A DNA stretch of 64,000 nucleotides from Hemiscyllium ocellatum (taxonomy: Eukaryota). How positions within the stretch are numbered: position 1 is the first letter of the stretch; every line of letters starts with the position of its first letter. The stretch is taken from contig NC_083412.1 in NCBI RefSeq assembly GCF_020745735.1, forward strand, positions 59,238,320-59,302,319, in the 5' to 3' direction. Below, one piece after another: positions 24,466-37,320 of the stretch. The notes below the pieces were generated by a model that saw nothing but the letters and a program-made list of their open reading frames with translations, was not told the origin of the DNA and did not search any database. A program made the translations under genes and the position numbers.

Positions 24466-25149
24466 CAATAAAGAGATTATTCTTGACTCCTTTCTCACAC
24501 CTCTAAATCTTAAAAGCCCATAAATTACTTCATGGAAGAGTCCTCTCCAAAAGAGAGTTGGGTTGCTGAATTAACATGTTACAGGCCAAGGCTGCTGACA
24601 TTTAATAGTATGAGAGACAACTTGATCTGTGAAATGCCTAGCAGCTTGACCAGAGGCTGGACCTGTCAGCTTCCTGAGGGAAATTGTGCTTTTGCATTCA
24701 TTGTGAACCTGCAGGAGCAGGATTACTCATCCCAGGCTTGAGAAACCTTTTCAGCCTCTCCCCAGATCTGCCTAACCATCAGCTTCCTGACTCCATCCAA
24801 TCCCAAATGATTTATTTCTGTAATTCTAAAATTAGAAAATGATCCACACATTATTTCTATGAAATTAGTATCAGATTACACGTTAAGAAATATCCATCAC
24901 AAAGATTAATTTATATGACTTCCTTAACTACCACTACTCATCTGCTTCACATTAATGCCTACGTAGCTTTATACTTAATAATGTGATTTGATCCCAATTT
25001 TATTTCTTCACCATCAATACTCTTCAACTCATACAAGGCACTACAAGCCATGTTGTATCCTATATAAATTCCTGATCATCCTTTATCTCATCCCTATATT
25101 ATCCTGGTTCAAATTTAATTCTTGCTTTGAACTCTCTGTCTGGCCAGTC

Positions 25150-25400
25150 TATCTCCAAAACGTCCACCTGCTTTCGAGCTCCTCACTTCTCCCCAATATT
25201 GGCAGCTTCACTTCAGCCTCACTGTGCTCTGGAGTTTTCTTCCTAGATTTCTCCTTTCCTCCCTTCCAGTCTCAAAGGCACTCCTTAAAACCCATATCTT
25301 TTCCTCAAGTTTTGGTCACCCATTGTAAAGTCTTTCTTTGGCTCAGTGTCATTTTCTATTTTAAATGCATTAATGTGCTGTTGAATTATAGAGTGTGACC
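25150..25400 (+). mobile_element. Old L2-type LINE/SINE 3' end
   Basis: ctgtgctctggagttttcttcctag...ctccttaaaacccatatctttt...ttttggtcacc resembles L2 3' tails. Confidence 0.5.
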
Positions 25401-25730
25401 AAAGTGTGTGAATAGTACACATTTATATTGAAAGCTTGCAATTATCTCATGCCATTGAGGTAGAAAACATTGCAAAGTGCTTCAGAAATATTTTAGATAA
25501 TCCCAGTTGTTCCTTTAAATTGTGTGATTATAGTTAATAAACACTATGATTGTGCAGCCTTTATATCTGCTGAGAGCTGCTATAGTGACTACATTCTAGT
25601 AAAGTCTTTCTGAGATCTTTTATGCATATTCATTCAACACTATCACCAAAATAATGGTGTGTGGTTTAAAAACATAATTCAAGTTCATGATCTTCTGATG
25701 CTCAATGAAGTAAGCCTGTTTCTGTGGCAT

Positions 25731-25860
25731 TTCAAAGAAGAGTCATATTGAACTTGACATGTTAACTCTGTTCATCGCTCCACAAACACAAAGTCAAATC
25801 AGCTGAGTTTTTCCAACACAGTCCATTTTTAATTCCGATCCCCAGTAATTTTCTTTGATT
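25731..25860 (+). mobile_element. Penelope-like terminal remnant with an eroded hammerhead motif
   Basis: ttcaaagaAGAGTCatattGAACTTgacatGTTAACTCTG; the core CTGA and GAAA are both lost. Confidence 0.45.
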
Positions 25861-26149
25861 TTACTGTTTTCTTGGGATGTATGTCATCAGTACGAGAGGA
25901 ATCATCAATGCTCTGTCAGCCATTTTCATTTAGGCTCACTGGTGTCTATCAGCATATATTCCCTCAACCACCCTGGAAGAGAAGATTTCAAAGTAATTTG
26001 TCATTATCTGTGATAAGCAAACCACGGCCTTAATGCAAAATACCATTTGTATTAATCAGTTGTGGCTCAACTTATTCATGAACTGACAAAATGTAGCTCA
26101 GGTTCAGCTTGTTCTCATGATCAATCTGTAAATTCTGATGTCAAATGTT

Positions 26150-27700
26150 CATTTGTTCCTTTTAAATCATTCATTAGCCCAATGTTGACTGCCTATCCTT
26201 AATTCCCTATGAGAAAATACTGCTGAGCTATTTTCTTGGACTGTTGCAGTCTATGGGGTGTAGGGACACCCACAGTGCTGTTAAGAAGCAAGTTGCAGGA
26301 TTTTGATCCAGCGACAGCGAAGGAATGGTGATAACTCTCCAAGTCAGTATGGTGTGTGTCTTGAAGGGGAACTTACAGGTAGTGGAGTTCCCAGTTATCT
26401 GCCACGCTTATTATTCTAGGTAATAAACGTTATGGGTTTGGAAGGTGCTGTTGAAGGTGCTTTGGTTAATTTCTGGGAGTCAGGAGATAAGTTACTCATG
26501 GCAGAATTTCCAGTCTCAGATATGCTCTTGTAACCATGCATGTAGCTGGTCCTGTTAAGTTTTGGACAATGTTAACCCCAGGACTTTGATAGTGGGGAAT
26601 TCAGTAATAGTAATGCCATTGAATGTCAATGGGTAATGGTTAGATTTTCTCTTATTGGAGATGATATTTTCCTGACAAATATATGACACAAAAGTCACCT
26701 ACACTTATCTGTCCAAGCCTGAATGTTATCATGGTTTTGCTGTATATGTACGTGGACTCCTTCAATATGAGAAGTCAAAAATGGTGCTGAACACTGTGCG
26801 ATTATCAGTGAACATCCCCACATCTGACCTTATGACGGAAGGAAGGTCATTGATGAAGCAACTGAAGATGTTTGGGCCTAGGACACGACCCTGAGAAACT
26901 CCTGCAGCGATGTCTTGGGAGTAAAATGGCTTACCTCCAACGAACCATCTATCTTTGCCAGCTAAAAATCCAACTAGTGGACAGTTTTTCTCCTGATTTC
27001 GAATGTCCTAGTTTTACTAGAGCTCCTTGATGCTGCACTCATTCAAATAGGGTCTTGATGGTCATAAGCAGTGACTCTCGCCTCACACCTAGAGTTCATC
27101 TCTTTCATCCTTGTTTGAACCAAGGCTGTAATGAGATCAAGAGCTGAATATGTCTGAAAGAGTTGAAAGTAAGAATCATTGAGCAGGTCTTTGTTAAGTA
27201 AATGCTGCTTGATAGCACTGTTAATGACACCTTCCATCACTTTACAGATGATGGGGAGTAGATGCATGGACTGGTAATTGGTTAGATTAAACTTGTCTTT
27301 TTTATGGTGTACAAGACAAATACCTAAGTAATTCTTCAGTTGCTCTGAGACAGTGATGCAGTTGCACTGAGGCAGTTTTGCAAGGTGCATGGTTAGTTCT
27401 GGCTCACATTTCTTCAGTACTACTGCCAAAGTGTTGTCAGGGCCATGCCCTTTGTGGTACTCAATGTCTTCAGCTGTTTCTTCATCATGTTGAGTGAATC
27501 AAATTGTTGAAGATTAGTATCTGTGATTCTGAGGACCTACGAGGAGTCCAAAATGAATCATCCACTTGGCTGAAGATACTAGGGAATGCTTCAGCCTTTT
27601 CGTTTGTGCTGATGTGTTGAGAATGGGAATACCAATAGAATAAATGTACCTACAGTTTGTTGTTCAATTGACAATTATCATTCATGACTGAATGTAGCAT
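26150..27700 (-). mobile_element. Old CR1/L2-clade LINE, RT and 3' part
   Basis: ORF 27043-27429 AVVLKKCEPEL...KVMEGVINSAIKQHLL...DLITALVQT. Confidence 0.8.
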
Positions 27701-28970
27701 GGATAGTCAGCATGGCTTTGTGCGTGGGAATTCATGCCTCATTAACTTGATTGATTTTTTTGAAGAAATAATGAAGAGGGTTGATGATGGCAGAGTGGTG
27801 GAAGTGATTATATGGACTTCAGTAAAGCGTTCAACAAGGTTCCTCATGGCAGACTAGTTAGCAAGGTTAGATCTCATGGAATACAGGGAGAACTAGCCAT
27901 TTCGATACAGAAATGGCTTGAAGGTAAAAGGTGGTAATGGAGAGTTGCTTTTCAGACTGGAGGCCTGTGACCAGTGGTGTGCCACAAGGATTGGTGGTGG
28001 ATCCACTGCTTCTTGTCATTTATATAAATGATTTGGATGTGAACATAGGAGGTATAGTTAGTAAGTTTGCAGATGACACAAAATTGCTGGTGTAGTGGAC
28101 AGTGAAGGAGGTTACCTCAGAGTACAAGTGATCTTGATCAGATGGGCCATTGGGCTGAAGAGTGGCTGATGGAGTTTAATTTAGATACATGTGAGGTGCT
28201 GCATTTTGGAAAGGCAAATCATAGCAGGACATATACACTTAAGGGTAAGGCCCTGGGGGTGTTGCTGAACAAAGAGACCTTGGAGTACATGTTCATATTT
28301 TTTTGAAATTGGATTCGCAGGTAGATAGGATTGTGAAGAAAGCATTGGTATGATTTCCTTTATTAGACAGAGCTTTGAATATAGGAGTTGGGAGGTTGCA
28401 GCTTTACAGGATATCAGTTCAGCCACTTTTGGAATATTGTGTGCACTTCGGGTCTCCTTCCTATCGGAAGGATGTTGTGAAACTTGAAAGCGTTCAGAAA
28501 AGATTTACAAGGATATTGCCAGGATTGGCGAATTTGAGCTACAGGCAGAGGCTGGGGTTGTTTTCTCTGGAACATTGGAGGCTGAGGGATGACCTTACAG
28601 AGGTTTATAAAATCATAAGAAGGGGCATGGATAAGATGAATAGACAAGGTCTTTACCCTGGAGAGGGGGACTCCAGAACTCGCGGGCATAGGTTTAGGGT
28701 GAGAGGGGAAAAATTTAAAAGGGAGCTAAGGGGCAACGTTTCCACAGAGGGTGGTGTGTGTATGGAATGAGTTGCCAGTGGAAGTGGTGGATGCTTGCCC
28801 AGTTATAACATTTAAAAGACATCTGGATGAGTACGTGAAAAGGAAGGTTTTAGAGGGATATTGGCCAAGTGCTGGCAAATGGAACTAGATTAGATTAGGA
28901 TATTTGGTCGGCATGGATGAGTTGGACGAAAGGGTCTGTTCTGTGCTGTACATCTCTATGACTCTATAAC
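27701..28970 (+). mobile_element. CR1 LINE RT/3' region inserted into the older LINE
   Basis: SQHGFVRGNSCLINL at ~27703, KFADDT, ORF 28375-28770 and a ctctatgactctata tail. Confidence 0.9.
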
Positions 28971-28974
28971 TGTA

Positions 28975-29990
28975 GAGTTAGATGTGATCTGTTTTAAAGC
29001 TGCTGCTCCTGATGTGCCCATCTGCATTCTTCATTGGCTTGGAGTTCATTCCTTGGTTTAGTGATAATATTAGAGTGAGGAATATGCTGGAATATGAGGT
29101 TACAAATTGTGGTTGAATATATTTCTGCTGTTGCTGATAGCCCTTAATGACTGAAGCATACACATTCATGAGTTGTTAGACCTGTTTGAAACTTGTCCCA
29201 TTCAATATGTTGGAAGTACCCCATAACACAATGATAGTTATCAATGATAGCACTGCATCACCACCAGGTTTGTGCAATGGTCACTTTTACTGAAACGATC
29301 ATTGACAGATGCATCTTCTCCATTTGATATAATAAGGGCATGGTCACATATGTTTCTCCCCTCTGTTTGTACCCTCATCAGTTTCTGCAGGCCCTGTCCA
29401 GCACTTATCACCTTTTTCAACATAGCCAGCTCGGCCACTAATAGGGCTACCCAGCTACTCCTGGTCAGGGGCACTGAGGACCAAACCCAGAGTACATTCT
29501 GTTCCTTTTATTTCTTCAGTGCTTCCTGCGAGTGGTGTTCAAAATGGAGGAGAACTGATTTATTGGCTGACGGGAAGGGTGGGCATGGTCAGTCTGCCAT
29601 AATCAGCAGAAAGTTTCTTTGCTCAGGTTTGACCTGATGTCATGAGAGTTTATGAGGTCAGGAGTCAATGCTGAAGACTCCCAGGACAGCTTCTTCCTGA
29701 CTGTAAGCCACTGTGCTGTGGAGCTGCTCTATGGAAAGGTCTGGACATACCCATGAATAATGATGGCAGTACTTAGGATATTGTGTGAAAGGTATAATTC
29801 TATGTGCATAACTATGTCAGGCGGCTGCTTGACTCAGCTGTAGGATAGCTATTCCAATTTTGACACTAGTGATCAGATGTTACTAAGATGGATTTTGCAG
29901 AGTCGCCGGGACTGTGTGACCCCTTTCTAGCATTTGGTCGATGTCTGTGGTCTGTCTAGTTTTGTTCCTTTTGTGAAACTTTGTAGCAGT
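28975..29990 (-). mobile_element. Continuation (EN-side) of the old CR1/L2-clade LINE
   Basis: Host sequence resumes after the CR1 tail (ctgtagagttagatgtgatctg) and has the same family character as 26150-27700. Confidence 0.65.
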
Positions 29991-29994
29991 AAGA

Positions 29995-30310
29995 TTGAAC
30001 TAAGCCACCTCAAAAGGCATTTAAGAGTCAGCCACATTGCAGACCCCCAACAGGAGGGAAAATACATGGATCTGAAGTCACCTGTAGATTAGACCAGGTA
30101 AGATTAACAGATTTCCTTCCCTAAACCAGGTGGGTTTTTTTTCACAAACTGCATGATTTCATTTCATTATTAGACTACCCTGTTTTAGGTTTTCAGATTT
30201 TATTTATTAATTGAATTCAAATTCCACCATCTGCCACATTGGATTTGGGCCCATGCCCCAGGTCTCAGGATTACGAGTCCAATAGCAACATCAGCACACC
30301 ACTGTCTCTC
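29995..30310 (-). mobile_element. tRNA-derived SINE (second family)
   Basis: Minus-strand head CAGTGGTGTGCTGATGTTGCTATTGGACTCGTAATCCTGAG...CAAATCCAATGTGGCAGATGGTGGAATTTGAATTC. Confidence 0.7.
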
Positions 30311-30344
30311 CACATCCCTAATAGAGGTAAAGAAAACCTCAAAA

Positions 30345-30480
30345 CCTGAAAATCGTAAACAAACAGAAAATGCTGAAAAGAGACAGGACATCCCGTCAGC
30401 ATCTGTCAAGAGAAATGCTGTGTATTTTTAGGTGTTAAACCTTCAGAACTGGAATGTTTATATTCACAAAGATGACAACT
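30345..30480 (-). mobile_element. Eroded Penelope-like terminal remnant
   Basis: aaacagaaaatgctgaaaag...cagcatctgtcaagagaaa...ccttcagaactgg; the minus strand keeps only CTGAAG of the hammerhead core. Confidence 0.4.
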
Positions 30481-31047
30481 TAAGTATTGATGATGACCTT
30501 TTAAACTATAACAGCAAGGTATTTGTCCACACACTTCAGCCAATTCTATTTTGAAATTTGGCTAAATATCAAAAAAGAACTTCTGTTATTTTCATATACC
30601 ATTTGTCTGTAAAATCAATCTGCTAATCTCCAAAGAAATCCTAATTAAAAAGAAAAAAAACTTTCAAATCATAAGGACAATTACATCATTTTGGTAATTA
30701 GTGTTGGTTTCACACATTCAATACAAATGTTTCTAAGGAATTAATCACTGATTTCAGGTTAATGTAACTTTGTTCTTAATTTTCCCATCTGAGTGCATGA
30801 AGTATTACCAACAGATATGTATCGAGAATCATCCAGATATTCTGGATGAAAGATTTTGGTACAAAGATACCTCTTTTAGCTTGGAGGATTGGATGCTCTG
30901 GATTCAGGTCAGTAGTTCATGTTTTGGTGACATGGAGTGAAGGAAGACGATGAGGCAGTCTACTGCAGAAGGAATTGGAAGTGTGGGGGAGTGACAAAGA
31001 GAAAATAAAATATGAATTTCTGATTTGTCATTATTTCTTTCCTACAG

Positions 31048-31298
31048 GTTCTTCTCTTCAGGAAGCGATTTGTTCAAATGATGCCCTTTTCTACTTCATA
31101 TTTTTCTACCCTTTTCCAATTTTTGGAGTCCTGCTTATTGCCATTTTATTAACACGCTATAAAACCCTAAACTCCCAGAAAAAGTCTGATGGCAAAAATG
31201 GTGTCCCACTGCTCTGGATTAAAGAACCCGCTGTGACTTATTCTCCAACAAGCCTTGAGCCGCCAGATTTCAGAATAGGACCAGGAAGCCTCGGTTAA
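31048..31298 (+). CDS. IGSF3: IGSF3 terminal coding exon (transmembrane segment and cytoplasmic tail)
   Basis: Acceptor ttatttctttcctacag|GT. Encodes ICSNDALFYFIFFYPFPIFGVLLIAILL...SDGKNGVPLLWIKEP...YSPTSLEPP, near-identical to the human IGSF3 tail as recalled. TAA at 31296-31298. Confidence 0.96.
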
Positions 31299-34054
31299 CA
31301 AAGGAACAGGGAAATGGCTTTTGGAAAAAAAATTAAATGATATTCCAACTGATGGGGTCAAAGTTATAATGAATTAAGGATCAATAATTACCCTCCCAAA
31401 AAATCCAAGTTTGGAAGCAATATCTTCCATATAAAGAAAGTACATTCTGAGAGTCATGGCAGTGAGATAGGAGGGAAAGTGGGTACTTTTATTCCAAGAT
31501 ATTTGCCGCAATTGGTCTCCTCCCCATTACCCCCAATACAATTAGTTGATATATTTGGAATGTTTAACTTTACACTAATGTAGATGTGTAGTCTTCTGCC
31601 AACTGTTTTTACTGCATGAGAGCTCTGCTTGTCACACTAGTCTGCCATGTGTAATAAGTCTGATCTCATTAAAATGTCAGATGATCTCCTGAATGTTAAA
31701 ACTATTGTCAATTCTGAAGAATACAGAACTATAGCAAATGCAGACCTGTGGAGAGAAATATTGAGTTGTAATGATGTAAGATTTAAGACTTTTTAATGCT
31801 TCATTACACTTAACTGCTCCAATGTTTAGTTACAATGTCTGAGAAGAGTCAACACCAAGCTGGAAACATCATAGCTGGAGGGATCGACATAACATCCAGA
31901 CCTTCTATTCAATTATTGCACTGTTCAGAACATTTGAACAACGGAATGAAAGACGAGTGGCAAGTTCATAGAAGCTGTGGCACTAAAGACTTAAAAGATG
32001 TTGTCAGTTTTTGTCAAGTGTGAAATGACTAGAACTTGTGCAATGGAAAAGCAAGGAATGACACCCTGCATAGACTGTCATCAATGCTATGACTGCATTA
32101 CGACAGGATTACATGAAGACAATATTACTGAATACAGGATATGGACAATGAAATTCCGTCCCTTCTTGGTAAATATAGATAAAGCTCAAGCCGACTATTA
32201 GCAAGTACAGCCAATGTTTCTCATTTATGAATTTTTGATACAGAAATCTGATCAAGCTGCAACTGAGTAGAATGGAAAGTAGTCATGCAGCTGGATAGTT
32301 TCTTTTTATATGTTGTTTTTGCACTTTTTGAAAATCTTTTTATTCTGTGTTTGAACAAGAATCATTATGATTGCCTGTTTTGTTCTGACTATGTTCTTTT
32401 TGAAAGAGTGTCATTTGGTCAAAGGAAATGGTGACAAGACTGAACAGATTCAGTGCCCAAGCATGTGCTGACAGAATCCTGGGTTTTGTTGCAAGCCCAT
32501 TTAATTTAATTATGTAACACGTCTCTCAACATGAATTCCTTTAGAAAATTCTCATATATTCCACGTTCAAGAATATTCTGTTGAAAGAAAATCACTTTGT
32601 ATTTACCATGTTGATCATGTAAGATCTCACACCACACTGTGAGGTTATGAGGTGGGCAGCATTGAATTACTGATGACTTTTTTTAGGGTAAAGATGTTTT
32701 GCACTAAAACAAAAATGATGACTTAATAGAATCACACTCTTAAAAACCACAAATTCCACACTAGGAGGAGAAAAAAATTGGATATTTAAGTGAGGAAAGA
32801 GAAATTAGCTTGGGAAGGTGAATGCCAGAGATCTGAGTGTTAGGACAGCATCAAATCATGGGGATGGAGTTCAATCCAAGATCACATGTGAGAAGATTAA
32901 CCAACCTAGCTGGATGTTTGTGCATAACTAGTTTATCAGTTTCATATTGAATTGATATAATTTTAATGCAAATCAGATTTGATTCGATAAGTGATTGATT
33001 CATTTGATCTGATAAGAGAGATCTCTGAACTGTTTATGTAAATTCCACTGCACAAATTAAGCAGAATAGAATGAAATATATTTTCCAGGTAAATTTACTC
33101 TATTTTCATCTGGTTTCTGTCCCTCTGTTATCATATATCATGCATGTCATATTTCTGGAGTACCCTCTGTAATGGCATTATGGGACAACCCACAGCAGGT
33201 GGGCTGCAGCAGTTTAAGGAGGCAGCTCACCAACACCACCTCAAGGGCAACTAGGGACGAGCAATAAATGCTGGCCAGCCAGCGACGCCCACAAATTAAT
33301 GAAACAAAATGTATAACAAACCAAGTATCAGGAGCACAGTACTCAAAACATGTAAGGCTGTTGTAAGCCAATACATCCCTAATCTAGCGTATCTAATTTA
33401 CACACTATTGTTACAATTCACAGGAGCTGCAGGTTCAGATGAGATTCTGATAATATCACCTGCCCTCAGTGATATTTGTTAGATAAGCAGTGATGGTTTA
33501 AGGCTGAATTTAGTACTTCTAAGCCTAAGTGCTTTGTTAAATTTGCTGTTCTTTTGCAGTTAGAAAACAGATGAATTGTAATAATGAATTTTGTTCAAAA
33601 CTGTTCTGGGTTTCTTCTAAAATCCATATTTTTGCCTTGTTTGCATGTCACACCTGCTATATGATGTGGCACAGCATCTCATCCTGAATGCAATCACATG
33701 ATTCCTCGCCCAATCAAGTATTTAGCCAAAAGGCTTCTTTGTGAGTATATAACCTGTGGCACACAATGTATTAATTGGTCAAAGCAGCAAGGGAGAACAA
33801 GCCTTTGATTTCCTAATGCATATATACAGTTGTGTATATTCATGAGTGGAGAATCTGAAATGAGCTGTGGAGTTGACTTACAGTCACATGGACTCTTCTA
33901 CACAGTCCAAATACCAGATGAAGTGATGGATTAAAACACTATATCAAAGTAACACAATGTACAAATAGCCTAGATTGTGTCCTTTCCTCCCTAGTGTCAG
34001 AAGTTCACATTGTAGCATAACCTCTGCATTGCACATCCACATCACCATAATAAA
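31299..34054 (+). other. IGSF3: Probable IGSF3 3' UTR; end uncertain
   Basis: AU-rich and almost repeat-free compared with the introns. AATAAA at 34049-34054, with others at ~33262 (in a repeat) and 34459-34464. Confidence 0.45.
33175..33310 (+). mobile_element. CR1/L2-clade LINE or SINE 3' tail
   Basis: gggctgcagcagtttaaggaggcagctcacc...aagggcaactagggacgagcaataaatgctggccagccagcgacgccca. Confidence 0.75.
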
Positions 34055-36329
34055 ATCAACATTTCTCAAAAGGTTTGAATTCCCTGGCTTATGAAACATG
34101 CCTTAGCAGATATTTCCTCTGAATTTGTGCTTCCCTGAATTTGTGTTATGCTATTTTAAAAGTATCTGTTATCCAGCTTGATGTTGGAAAGTGAAACATT
34201 CATTTACATAACTCTGAATTTATTATCTACTAATCATTTAATAAGAGGTTTAAAAAAAGCACTGACTTAAGGAAGGTGTGAAAATGTGTTGTTGATGGAG
34301 TTAGTAAACCAGTGCAGTTTATTTAAGTACGGGTTCTCAAATGTGAATGGAAGAATTGGGAAATCATCAGGTTAATTGGTTCTAGAAGAGCTTAAGCATT
34401 TTTTAATGATAAAATGCAACAGAATATCACAATCTCTACAAAGGCATAGAACTTAAACAATAAATGAGTAATCATTATGTTAAATATCTCAGCTTGACTA
34501 TCAATATTGGTTAAAGGCTGTCCCTAGCTGTGTTCGTAATAGAAATGCTGAATTATGTTTTTGTGGAGTTCACTCTACAAACAAACAGATCCAACTGAAA
34601 ACCATGACAGGTCTGCAAAGAAGCGATGAATTTACATCTGGTAATTAAATACTCTGCACATTTTATCCAGTAATGGATGAACTGTTTTGGGAACGCTGTT
34701 ATTTAAGATAACATGAATATGACAGGCTATAGAAGGCACCAATTTACCTGTTGAAAAGGCTTGTTTAATCAAACTCACTGAAACATATGGCTGTACTAAG
34801 AAAGTGCACAGTTTTTCCGGATGCATATCTTGATACTGACTATGAAATTGCTGTTGGATTAATTCTATCGGGCACTCCTAAATGCTGTTTTAATTCTAGA
34901 AAATGTCTGGTGAAGGTTCACCAGCTTTGGATAATGCTGACTGTAAAAAAAACATCAGGGGTACAGATTCTGATATACCCAGTATGACCTGGGAGTTGTG
35001 AAGTAGTGTGAAATGGCATCAATGATATTTCTGAACCATGGCAATTGGCACCAAAGCCAAGAATGAGTAAAGTGGCAATATGGGTCTGTAGCACTTTAAG
35101 TCTTGGCTGAGCAAGCCAGGAAAGACATAGCTGGCTTTGCGCTAGCCTTCATAAAAGATTATATTGCAACTTCAAAAGACAGACAGTAATTGGGTGTTAT
35201 CTGGACCTTCTGCAAATGCGCATTCTGCTTTGAGTTTGGTTTGGATAATTGAGCAGAAACATACAAGGGACAAATGATAAAGTCGGTGCTCGGGGCTTTG
35301 TTGCACAATGCAAGAAAATCTTATATTCAGCAGTATTCTGGCAATGCAAATCATGCAAGCATACTCTTTAATTAATATTTAAATTAAGGTATGATGACAT
35401 GAATGATGTGCACTATTCATATCATTCCCTTTAACCTACAGGGAAACTAATAATGAATTTCTAATTGCGATAGTGCAAGTTTTCAAGAGTTTTTTTAAAA
35501 ATTGCTATGGTTTTTAATACTTTCATTATTTGCTTGTGCAATCAAGAGTTTTTTTTATTCACTGAACATGCAGTTGTAAACTGTTTATTGAGAAGAGGCT
35601 TTAAATAGCCTTTTAAATAGCCTATTCTAAAAAGGCTTTAAATAGCCTTTTCTGGAAGGCAGTAAATAGAAGATTGAAATTTTTGGTTTGGATCATTGAA
35701 TTATAGAATCTCTATAGTGCAGATAGGGGCCAATCAGCCCACTGAGTCTGCACCAACCCTTCAAAAGGCAGCCCATACCCCCACATCACGGCTTTATAAA
35801 GAGTAAGTAGCTATCTAATAGGAAATACCTATATGATAGAAATGGTATCAATACTTTTGAAATCCAAGATTAAATATTTCCAAGCCTTAGAACATTTTCA
35901 AAAAATTACAAATAACAGCTCATAAATTCTTACCCTGCTCCTCAGTTAAATATCCATTTAAATTGGTATTTGGTTAATCACCATCACTTATTCTGATAGA
36001 TACAAAACTGAATTACAATATAGCATTATCAGCAAAGTAACACTGAGAAGCCAAATATTTTTTACACTCTTTTTTTTCCCATTTTGTTAATTTTCTATAT
36101 TCCTCCCATACCACCTGAAGATCCTAAATCTTGTTGGAGAATTCTGTTCTAAAGCTATCTGCAGGGGTCAAGCAAGATTTTGTTTTAACTTGAGTTCATT
36201 TGAGTTCTGAAATGGCTAATCAATGGCATGATCTGAGAACCAATCAGGTGACGGATTAGGTGACGGATGAAGGGTTGGGTAGGTGGACTGTTTAGAGATT
36301 TATGTCCCTCAAATGCCACGACTTTACCT

Positions 36330-37000
36330 CTTCATTTTCCTGACACAACATCTCAATGTTCTCCTGAGCAAGCCTTCTCCATTTTCATTATTCACAAGAA
36401 GGTCTTTCATGAGTCAATAGGTATGTGAGACCTTTTTAGAATGTTTTATGGAGATCGCTAATGCATTTCAGCCAATCTCCTGGGAGCTTCCTGCTACAAT
36501 TGAGCTCCAAGTGGAACATTACTTTAGGAGACTGGAATCGGGAATATGAATGGCACGTTCAGGTTCAGAGCTGGTTTTGACCCTTTGGCAGCTTTTTGTT
36601 AGACAATTTGGGTTGGAAAAATTGGTCACTGGACCATTTTTGCAGCCATCAGATTTGTAAAATCTTCTGATGGCACCACTGGTGGTACTTCTGTAATGCT
36701 TTGAGATACTTGTCAAAGTCTTTGAAGCGCACGCAACTTTGCTGGAGTACAGTTCCATGTAAAGCACCCCCAGTATGCCATCCCATCCTGCTTGGCATTT
36801 TTTATGGCTGACCCTGAATAGTAATTTCCAGTAGACTGTCTGATTATGAGTGGTGTAAAGGATGTCTGTGAATGTGTTCTCACACATGTTTTCTAGCCTC
36901 ATTCTGTCTAGAATTCAGCCTCTGGGTGAGGGTGGCTGGATAATGTATGCAGCTGCTTCTCTAAGAGATCAAATAATTCAGTACACATCATTATTCAACA
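36330..37000 (-). mobile_element. RTE-clade LINE 3' fragment
   Basis: Minus frames give KYLKALQKYHQWCHQKILQI*W and AIHIPDSSLLK, resembling RTE RHLKALEKYHQRCLRKILQIHW...RMPDTRLPK. Confidence 0.7.
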
Positions 37001-37039
37001 TGGACCTTTCTTTCCTGGGTCATTTCCATTCTACCCTGA

Positions 37040-37320
37040 AGGAAACAGCTTTCAGATTATTATACAGTACACAATGTGGCCATTGTGCCTTTGTCAGGTC
37101 TCCGAGGTATCCAGATTTGTACCTCTACCATCCTCTTGCCCCTAACAGTGCAAACTTTCCCTTTTTGAGGCTGTTCCAGTTCATTTTTGAATCTGCTTTC
37201 AGCACCCTTTTAGGCAATATCTTCCAGTTAATGAATGTAATTACAGCTTGCTTAAAAAGAATTCTCCCCATTTCCCCTCTGGTTCTTTAGATAATTATCT
37301 TAACTATGTACTTTTAATGC
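37040..37320 (-). mobile_element. Old CR1 3' end
   Basis: tacagtacacaatgtggccattgtgcc...tttttgaatctgctttcagcacccttttaggc...ttctccccatttcccctctggttc. Confidence 0.5.

Noticed and set aside
30815-30907. Cryptic exon (donor CAG|GTCAGT) containing a perfect 9-bp hairpin (30829-30849)
   Set aside because: The acceptor lacks a pyrimidine tract and the in-phase reading stops after 11 codons. A single short hairpin is unremarkable.
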